From positions 102,300,001 through 102,364,000 of the forward strand of contig OX597820.1 of the NCBI GenBank assembly GCA_951406725.2: a DNA stretch of 64,000 nt. Direction: 5' to 3'. The translations under genes were made by a program, and so were the position numbers. Within the stretch, counting starts at the first letter, position 1; every line of letters starts with the position of its first letter. Below, piece after piece: positions 54,750 through 64,000 of this stretch. The notes under the pieces were generated by a model. That model did not search any database and had not been told where the DNA came from. It saw only the letters and a list, made by a program, of their open reading frames with translations. Origin of the DNA: Octopus vulgaris. Lineage: Eukaryota.

Positions 54750-55885
54750 GTTTAGGATATGTGGGTGGGATAAGATAGTTTAGTGAAGAGAATTGATGAA
54801 TGCAAAAGGCTTGTTTTTCACAGGGTAGCTTAAGTCATCAGATATAATGATTTCTGAGAGGGGTCGGAATGGGTTATATGTTCTCAGAACATGATGAAAT
54901 ATGCTTAAATAGATGCTGGTAGTTCAAGAAATTAGGAGAATGATAAAGGGAGCTGATGTATTTGGAGAAGTACAAGAACTTGAATCATTATTGCTGATAT
55001 TCATATAAGAAAAGTGACCGACAAGGAGCATGGCGAATATGTAAGTATAGACACCACCTTTCATAGTGAAAGTGTAATAGAGAGCATAATGGATTTGGCT
55101 TCACTGCATGGCACCTTGGGCAAGTGTCTTCTACTATAGTCCCCAAGCTGATCACTGGCTTGTAAGTGCATTTGGTAGGCAGAAATTGTGTGTTTGTGTA
55201 TATATGCATGTGCATGCGTTTGTGTGTGTGTGTGTGTGTGTGTGTGCACATGCATGCACATTTGTATTTCTCCCTGCCGTAACTTGACAACCAGTGCTGG
55301 TTTGTTTACACTCCTGTAACTTAGCAGTTTGTCAAAAGAAACCAACAGAATAAGTACCAGACTTAGAAATAAGTAATGAGTGGGTGGGGGTCAATTTGTT
55401 TGACTTAAAACCCTTCAGGGTGGTACCCCATCATGACTGCAGTCCAATGGCTGAAACAAGTAAAAGAGAAAAAGATAGAAGGTAAACTGTGATGCTGCAT
55501 GGTCGTGAGATGTGGGCAGTGAATGCAGATCACAGTTTTAGACCTTCTGGATGTGTAATATTAGTATTCATGAATATAATGGTAAGCTGGCAGAATCTTT
55601 ACCATGCTGGACAAAATGCTTAGTGGCATTTCTTCTGACTTTATGATCAGAGTTCAAATTCCACAGAGGTCAACTTAACCTTTCATCCTTTCAGGGTCAC
55701 TGAAAAAAATACCAGTTGAGGACTAGGGAAGATGTGATCAACTTACCCTCTTCCCTGATATCGCTGTCAACACTTTGGTGTAGCAATAACAGAAGTATAG
55801 AGGTGAAGATTCGTCTGTACAAAACAGCAATACTGCTAACATTATTTACATTTGACGGATATTTGTCCTCATCTTGTTTGTTGTT

Positions 55886-55931
55886 AACACAATGTTTCAG
55901 CTGATTTACCCTCCAGCCTTCATCAGGTGTC
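55886..55931 (-). ncRNA. Minimal type I hammerhead ribozyme
   Basis: GACAC CUGAUGA A GGCUG-loop-CAGCU GAAA CA UU GUGUU. Confidence 0.7.
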
Positions 55932-56009
55932 TTGGGGAAATTTCAAACCTGGGTTGTCATTCCTAAGGTAGTTTTCAATGTTATTATTATTATTATTATT
56001 ATTATTCAG

Positions 56010-56081
56010 GTCACTGCCTGGAATTGAACTCAGAATTTTGGGGTTAGTAGCCCGTGCTCTGAACTACTACACCATATTCCC
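56010..56081 (-). promoter_or_regulatory. tRNA-like Pol III A/B-box module within PLE 3' region
   Basis: TGGTGTAGTAG A-box, GGG-CTACTAA-CCC anticodon-like arm, GAGTTCAATTCC B-box. Confidence 0.6.
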
Positions 56082-56110
56082 GTGGGAAATTACAGAGTGA
56101 ATTTTAGGGC

Positions 56111-56347
56111 TTATAAATCGAATATTTTCATATCCTTCCTTAATACTGGTTCCCATATGCTACTCATATCTGCACTTGGTCTGCTTAGGAGGTTGTATCC
56201 TAACATATGTGCTGCTTCTTTTAGTTTTCGTATTTTCCAGCGGTGTTCTCCATCAATTATTTTAATTTCATCCCACAGGGAGAGGTGGTCTCCATTTTTC
56301 AATACATGATCAGCTATACCCAATTTATCAATATCTTTCTGTGTCAC
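56111..56347 (-). pseudogene. GIY-YIG endonuclease C-terminal fragment of a PLE
   Basis: GIADHV..GDH...WDEIKIID.E..WKIRKLKEA..IWEPVL fits the AxH..H..W...I..E....R...EA..W.P pattern. Confidence 0.75.
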
Positions 56348-56647
56348 AGCTTTGCGATGTTCATATTATTATTACTATTATTATTAAGTGACCTGAATAA
56401 TAATAATAACAACAACAACAACAAGATTGAAAAATACCTTAGGAATGACAACCTAAGTTTGAAATTTCCCCAAGACACCTGACAAAGGCTGGAAGTTATA
56501 TCAGCTGAAATGTGTTAACAACAAACAAGATGAGGACAAACACACATACACACACATACGCATGCATAATCATCATTCTTATCAATGTCGTCATTGTCAT
56601 CATCATCATCATCATCAATATTGTCATCAATATCGTCATCGACACTA

Positions 56648-57060
56648 GGTGCAGGAGTGGCTGTGTGGTAAGTAGCTTGTTTAGCGACCACATGGTTCCG
56701 GGTTCAGTCCCACTGTGTGGCATCTTGGGCAAGTGTCTTCTGCTATAGCCCTGGGCTGACCAATGCCTTGAGAATGGATTTGGTAGACGGAAACTGAAAG
56801 AAGCCTGTCGTATATGTGTATATATATATATATATGTGTGTATGTGTGTGTATATGTTTGTGTATCTGTGTTTGTCCCCCTAGCATTGCTTGACAACCGA
56901 TGCTGGTGTGTTTATGTCCCCGTTACTTAGCGGTTCGGCAAAAGAGACCGATAGAATAAGTACTGGACTTACAAAGAATAAGTCCCGGGGTCGATTTGTT
57001 CGACTAAAGGCGGTGCTCCAGCATGGTCGCAGTCAAATGACTGAAACAAGTAAAAGAAAG
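56648..57060 (+). mobile_element. SINE family A, full length
   Basis: Homology to 1793-2190. Confidence 0.85.
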
Positions 57061-57384
57061 AAAAAAAGAAAGAAACACAGTTGAAAGCGAAAAGCCAAGT
57101 ATCCCCCCCACCAAAAAAAAAACTACATGTATGACAACAGAAACTATAAAAACAGCTTTTTTTATTCTTTTTTCTTTTTTCTCTCTCTTGTCAATGTATT
57201 CTATAAAAACTCAGTATAATTGAACTTTTAGTAATGTAGATTTATTGTATTCTTCATTGAACATTTACTTTGATATTATCTTTCCCTGTCATTTAATTTT
57301 ATGTGAACATTTGATTGCTTAAATATGTTTGATTTCTACGTAATTTTAAACTATGTTAATATCCCATCATTTTGTATACATTTG

Positions 57385-57424
57385 TACCACTGATAAACAA
57401 ACAATTCTTGAAACTAGTTTGGTA
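57385..57424 (+). ncRNA. Solo minimal hammerhead (G8 altered)
   Basis: UACCA CUGAUAA..GAAA CUAG UU UGGUA; palindromic AACUAGUU; AATAAA just downstream. Confidence 0.55.
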
Positions 57425-57494
57425 TGAACGTAAATAAATATATTTAAAAACAACTACAAGTTTTTCAAATTCTAGGGCATCTTCAAAAATAAAT

Positions 57495-57544
<50 letters not shown>

Positions 57545-57564
57545 GATGTTGATGATTTTGATGA

Positions 57565-57599
<35 letters not shown>

Positions 57600-58899
57600 T
57601 CTTCGAAACACAGAGTAGATGAAACAGAGGTGACTGAAGAAGGGGAATTTTCCTTGTGTTGTATGTCCTGTATGGCACTGGTGGCATGGAGAGGGGAGGC
57701 CGGTATGCATGGGTGACTGCTGGTCTTCCATAAACAACCTTGTCCGGACTTGTGTCCGGAGGGTAACTTTCTAGGTGCAATCCCATGGTCAGCAATCCCA
57801 TGGTCAGCATTCAATATCACGATGTGTTATTGGCTTATGAGTCATCACTAAATGTAAACAACACTAAATTTAAGACGATCATTAATTAGAATAAAATGGC
57901 CTAAAGTCAATATACGAAGAAAACTTCACACACATACGACATACATCCACATGACCATTGCAGTGGCACTGGGGAGAAGTTTACACCCCCATTCTCTTTA
58001 TAGTCAATGCAGAACCTCAAGATATTAGTCAATTGTATTGAAACTTGGTCTGCAACCTCTTAAGGATATTATATTTAGTGTTTTGCATCCTGCTATGTAG
58101 AAATATGTATTTGCTATGGCTTATAATCCATGAAATTCAAAATTTGACCAAATTGATTAATCAACTTGGCTACCAGATTGAAAAGATCCCACGTCCCTGA
58201 TATATGTATATATAGATGTACATAGATAATATATAGTGTTACTTACATTTGTGTTGCTCTTTGCTGAATAGATCCATTAATATAGTTCATTTTAAAAAAG
58301 CGACTAATTCTTAAATCCTCAAAAAATTAATACAAATCTTGGATAGCTTGGTTAATTTATTATTCCTTATCAATTCTTTATAAATTTGAAGATTCTGAAA
58401 CTGTATCTCACAGAAACACTTGTTAGTTCAGATGTAAATATGTATATATACCGTATATATATACATGTATATGGTAGAATGTATATGTGTGTTTAAGTTT
58501 TATACATATATGTATATGTGACTGTGTATGTCCGTATTGAAAATACACACTCACACAAACATGTATGTGTATGTACATAAATATTTTTTAAACACACAAA
58601 CATGTAAATACACACACACCCACACATACACATACAAGCACACGCACACTCACACACACGCACACACACTCACGAACATTTAATTTTGTAGGCCTATTAG
58701 TTCCTGGTATGTAAACAAAGTTAGCTTATTAGTGTTTTTAAGTTGGCTGCATAGAATTGTACTTTGCTTAGTATTCCACTAGACTGATATTAAATATCTA
58801 TCTTTCTATTTATCTATCTATCTATTTCTCTATCTGTCTGTCTGTCTGTCTGTCTATTTATCTATATAAATCTGTATATATATCTAATATATATACATA

Positions 58900-59690
58900 C
58901 AGAGTGTGATAGATAAAGTGTCTTCCTTTTATATTTCTAATTTTGCACATGTGCATTGTTTGTTTTGGGGTTTGTCAACTACACAGTATAGTAGGGTCAG
59001 TTGGGCACTGTCTGTGAGAAGAACAGCATTATGGCACAATTCATTCTGCCAGAAATTAGGAAACAACATGATGTACTGCATGATGTACTCATGCCAGAAG
59101 TTCCATTATGAGCATTTCAGAGTGCTTGAATGTCAATCTGAGGACAGTGCAATCTGAAGACATGTACTGAGAATGATAAAATCAAACATCAAGTTAACAT
59201 CATGATGTTTGAAGCGATCACTAGTGATAGCAACACTATGCCTCCATTCATCTTCCCACACGGCCTCAGACTCAACACAGAGGCCTACATCAAGTACCTG
59301 GAGGAGGTAGTGCTGCCCTGGGTCATGAGGGTGGCTGCTGGAAGACCCTATGTCTGGTAAGAGGACTCTGCAGCATGCCACACAAGCAGGAGAGCCCAGT
59401 CATGGTTGTCAGACAATTTCTACAACACATCACCCCTAACATCTGGCAACCTAGCTCCCCAGACTACAACCCTCTTGATTATTATGTGTGGGGCACAGTT
59501 GAGTGAGAGACAAACAAAACTTCTTGTAACACCAAAGATGAACTGAAGGCAAGGGTTATGGTAGCATTCACTAACTTAAACAAGGATACCCTCTAGAAGA
59601 GTTGCAGGAGATTCTGAAGTCTTCTGGAGATCGTGGTCGAAGCCAATGGCAATTTTGTTGAAAAAATTTACTCTTTAGTATTTTGAGATA
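58900..59690 (+). mobile_element. Decayed DD37D (maT-like) Tc1/mariner transposon
   Basis: 59181-59665 translates MPPFIFPHGLRLNTEAY..VW*EDSAACH..WQPSSPDYNPLDYYVW..LEIVVEANG with stops and a frameshift; 37 residues between the catalytic Ds after repair. Confidence 0.85.
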
Positions 59691-61758
59691 CACACCCACA
59701 CACACACACTTACACAGGTGCTGGCATGGTTGTATGGTATGAAGTTTGCTTCCCAAACATGTTTTGAGTTTATTCCCACTGCATGGCACCTTGAACAAGT
59801 GTCCTGTGCCTCAGGCTTACTAAAACTTTGAGAGTGTTTTTGGTAGATGGAAACTGAAAGAAGCCCACTAACTGGTACTGATTTGTTTTTGTACTGATTT
59901 GTTTTTTTAACTTAGTAGTTCAACAAAAAAGAGTGTTAGAATAATACCAGGCCTAAAAAATAAGTAGTGAGGGCCAATTCGTTTGGCTAAACCCCTCAAA
60001 ACAGTGCCTCAGCATGGCCACAGTCAAATGGCTGAAACAAATAAAGGGTAAAAGAAGTTATAGCAGGCATAGCTGTGGGGTTAAGAAGTTTTCTTTCGGA
60101 CCACATGGTTTTGGGTTCAGTCCCACTGTTTGGCCAAGTATCTACCCACCAAATAAACAACACCATCAGTGAATTGCTTCTGTGTCATCTTTAGTGACAT
60201 TTTCTATGTTTCACATCCATACAACTCCAATGGCAAAACTATTGCATTCACATGTCATCAGATCTAAGACGGAACAATTTCTCTATAATCATGACCCAGT
60301 TATCTCTATAATTAGTTTAATAGCTAATTTCTTTGTAACTGTAAGCTGTTAAGTGCAGTAATTACTACAACAGTTTATTTCTCTATGTTAGAAAATTTAG
60401 AACAAATGACATAACTAAATATAGTTATTCATTTTATCTAACTCTCTGCAACCTACAAAAAGCACCAAATATTTAGGTTCAGAATGTTAGCATGCAAAAC
60501 AGATAATGATCATATAAGTATTTATTTCGACATATATACTTTCATTTTATTTTCAAATGTCACTTTGTGTAATCTGTATTAACATATTATTATACCATAT
60601 CACTGTGGAGGCAGGTGGCTAAGTGGTTAGAGTGTTGCCCTCATGGTTGTAAGATTGTGGTTTCAATTCCTGGACCAGGTGATGCATTGTATTCTTGAGC
60701 AAACCACTTTGTTTCACCTTGCTTCAGTTTGCTCAGCTGGCAAAAATGAATAATCCTGTGACAGAATGAATAAACCCATGTGACAGGGTGGGGAATATAT
60801 ATACCTCTGGTCTTATGAGTCTATTGCTTGGGAAGGACCTTTAAGAATTTTTTTTGATATCCTACCACTACATCATATCATTATGACATATCATCATAAG
60901 GCAACAATTGGCAGATTAATTACTGCACTGGACAAAATATTTAAGTGGAATTTCTTCTGATTCTGTATTCTGAGTTCAAATGCCACAGAAGTTTACTTTG
61001 CTTTTCATCCTTCCAGAGTCAATAAAATAGGTGCCAGCTGAGCAGTAGGGTCGATGTAATTCACTACCCTCAGCCCACCAAAATTTCAGGCCTTGTGCTT
61101 ACAGTAGAAAGTATTAGTACGTCATTATATCATATATGAAGGCTGTGAGCTAGCAAAACCATTGGCCCACTGGGCCATATGATTAGCGGCATTTCATCTG
61201 TCTATACATTCTAAGTTCAGAGGTCAACTTTGCCTTTCATTCTTTAGAGGTCAATAAAATAAGTACCCATTGAGCACTGGGGTTGATGTATTTAGCTTAT
61301 CTTCTCCCCACAAAACTTGCTGGCCTTGCACCAAAATTTGACACCATTATATCATATATAAGGCAGATGAATTGGCAGGATCATTTGAGCATGAGTAAAA
61401 TCCCTTGAGTTATTTGTTCCAGCTCTCTATACCTTGAGTTCAAATTAAGCTGAGGTCAAATTTGCCTCGAATCCTTTCAGAGTCAATAAAGTAAAGAACC
61501 ACTGAAGTAGAGTGGCTGATGTAATTGAGTAACTCCAACATTTCAAAACTATTGGCATTCCTCCTATCATCATCATCATTTAGCATCTGCTTTCCATGCT
61601 GGCTTTGGTTGGACAGTTTGACAGTGGTTGGCTAGGCAGAAGACTGCACCATGCTTCACTGTTTGTTTTGGCATGGTTTATATGGCTGGATGCTCTTCCT
61701 AATATCAACCACTCCACAGAGTGGACTGCACAGGAGTGGCTGTGTGGTAAGTAGCTTG

Positions 61759-61966
61759 TAGAACTGAGATAAGAGGTTTAATACCTTGTTTTGTTTTTCG
61801 TTTTGGAAAAAACGAACAATGTTTTAGAGAAGCAGAAGATTGGCGGGCGTCTTTTGCCTTCTCCCATTTATACCATCCTTTTCATCACTCATCTCATTAA
61901 TGTTTTTTGTTCAGCCCACAAGCTACTTCCTCTGTATACGGCCTTCATGGCCAATGAAATGAAATA
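61759..61966 (+). mobile_element. Retroposed 3' fragment inserted in a SINE A head
   Basis: TSD aagtagcttg at 61749-61758 and 61967-61976; ends GGCCTTCATGGCC AATGAAATGAAATA. Confidence 0.65.
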
Positions 61967-62635
61967 AAGTAGCTTGCTTACCCACCACATGGTTCTGGCT
62001 TCAGTCCCACTGTGTGGCACCTTGGGCAAGTTTCTTATACTATAGCCTTGGGCCAACCAAAGCCTTGTGAGTGGATTTGGTTGATGGAAACTAGAAGAAG
62101 CCCATTGTATATATATATATGTGTGTGTGTGCATGTGTGTGTATTTGTGTATGTTTGTATGTTTGTGTGTCTGTGTTTGTCCCTCCAGCATTGCTTGACA
62201 ACCAATGCTGGTGTTTTTACATCCCTGTAACTTAGTTTGGCAAAAGAGACCGATAGAATAAGTACTAGGCTTACAAAGAATAAGTCCTGAGGTCGATTTG
62301 CTTGACTAAGGCGGTGCTCTAGCATGGTCGCAGTCAAATGACTGAAACAAATAAAAGAATATCATATTCTTCCTTTTATTCCTTTATTCTTTTACTTGTT
62401 TCAGTTATTTGACTGCGACCATGTTGGAGCGCCACCTTGAAGGGTTTTAGTAAAACAATTTGACTCCAGGACTTATTTTTTAAGCCTAGTACTTATTATA
62501 TCAGTCTCTTACGCTGAACTACTAAGTTATGCAGATGTAAACACACCATCACAAGTTGTCAAGCAATGATAGGGTGATAAACACAGGCAGAAGGACATGC
62601 ACACACATAGATATATGGATATATATATATATATA

Positions 62636-62866
62636 CCGGAGTAAACACATAAATGTGAAACAAGGTGGAAAAAAGAGTACTCAATACCAGTGGTAGAGTA
62701 ATATGCTTTATTTAAAGCAGCAGAAAATTCAACAAAACCTGTTACTCTGAGTTTCCCGTTCCCATTCATCGGACAGTTTTTTCCAGCAAAAACTGTCCGA
62801 TGAACGGCAACGGGAAACTCAGAGTAACAGGTTTTGTTGAATTTTCTGCTGCTTTAAATAAAGTAT
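62636..62866 (-). mobile_element. PLE-like fold-back element with two C4-variant HHRs (62739-62776 minus, 62793-62830 plus)
   Basis: CUGU CCGAUGA A CG GCAA CG G GAAA CUCAGAG UA ACAG; inserted in the (TA)n of a SINE A. Confidence 0.75.
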
Positions 62867-63315
62867 ATATATATATATAGATATATACAATGGGCTTCTT
62901 TCAGTTTCCGTCTACCAAACTTACTTATGTGGCTTTGGTCAACCTGAAGCTATTGAGAGACTGAACCTGGAGCCATGTGGTTGGGAAGCAAGACTTTTAC
63001 TACACACCCACATACATATATGTATATATATATATATATATATCAATTGATTTGGATCTTAATGATTGTGATTATCAACTCTATAGCCTCTTGTGTAACA
63101 GAGGAATGCTGATAATTATTCCAATTTCATCATCTTGTTAACAGAGTAAATGACATAATCTCTACTTGTTTAATAATGTTAGGTACTCTTCAACTCCAAT
63201 CCCAAGCAAAATTATGTTTGCATATATCTATTCATCGTCATATATGAAAATGAATGGACATGTGCAGCTAATTTTGTTACAGATATTATATATATATATA
63301 TATATATAAATTTAA

Positions 63316-63365
63316 TTTGCCAAAATATTTTCGTCACTTTCAGACTGCAACCTGTTCACTGACAA

Positions 63366-63366
<1 letters not shown>
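63316..63366 (-). ncRNA. Second G3-C8 hammerhead copy
   Basis: UUUGUCA GUGAACA G GUUGC..GUGAC GAAA AUAU UU UGGCAAA. Confidence 0.65.
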
Positions 63367-63438
<72 letters not shown>

Positions 63439-63508
63439 GTGACCACGTGTGTACTGTTGGTGATTTTTTTCCTCCGTCTTCCCTTTTCTGGATCTTTCCT
63501 TTTCCTAT

Positions 63509-63543
63509 GTTTCTGACGAAGAGCTCCGCTCAAAACGTTAAAC
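63509..63543 (+). ncRNA. Minimal hammerhead (G12A) in a TA-flanked insert 63437-63645
   Basis: GUUU CUGACGA A GAGC UCC GCUC aAAA CG UU AAAC; palindromic AACGUU. Confidence 0.65.
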
Positions 63544-64000
63544 CCTCCTTCTTCCCTTCCTTCCTGAGCATCCAATAATACTATATTTGTTCCACGTCCT
63601 CGCGTTGTTGTGTTTTCTCTTTGTGTTTTCATGTTTGGATTAACTATATATATATAAACAGATAGATATAATGTGTGTATACATATATCTTTTATCTTTT
63701 ACTTGTTTCAGTCATTAGACCAGCCATTAGACTGCAGCTATACTGGGGCACTGTCTTGAAGAAGTTTTAGTCAATTGTATTGGCTCCCCAGTACTTATTT
63801 CTTTAAAGCCTGGTACTTACCCCATTGGTCTCTTTTGCCAAACCACTAAGTTATGCGGACATAAACACACCATGGTGTTATATGCCCCAATACTGGATTT
63901 TCTACTCCTAACCTGCATTTCTAATCTTAACCATTAATTCACTGATGCCAGTACTAAAATGAGGTGAGTAGTCTGAAAAATTATAATTTTATCAACAATT

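Larger units (their letters stand above)
55838..56540 (-). mobile_element. 5'-truncated PLE (Penelope/Poseidon-like GIY-YIG tail) with inverted pLTR copy
   Basis: ORF relic, tRNA-like module and HHR on minus strand; 55862-56015 inverted at 56387-56540. Confidence 0.8.

Noticed and set aside
56010-56081. Functional tRNA-Ser(ACT)
   Set aside because: Acceptor stem pairs poorly, the anticodon is atypical, and it is embedded in a retroelement

Overview
AT-rich, microsatellite-dense eukaryotic genomic DNA. The repeat repertoire looks cephalopod/Octopus-like (inference). No host gene can be called with confidence, and almost all listed ORFs are translations of (TA)n/(CA)n/(CAT)n/(AAT)n. The window holds three SINE-like families, LINE 3' fragments (CR1, R4/Dong, RTE), Tc1/mariner, hAT and Helitron relics. 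The main signal is a dispersed Penelope-like element (PLE)/hammerhead system. First, a young 5'-truncated Naiad-type PLE (11233-15201) has a GIY-YIG ORF between near-perfect 1.05-kb inverted arms, each carrying a hammerhead ribozyme (HHR). Second, eight smaller fold-back elements and several solo copies, from about a dozen sequence-unrelated families, carry minimal type I HHRs. These have palindromic stem III and non-canonical cores (G3-C8 swap, C4, extra base after A9), and most sit in (TA)n tracts. One PLE 3' end has a tRNA-like Pol III module just upstream of its HHR. All structures were read by eye; none was computed or tested.
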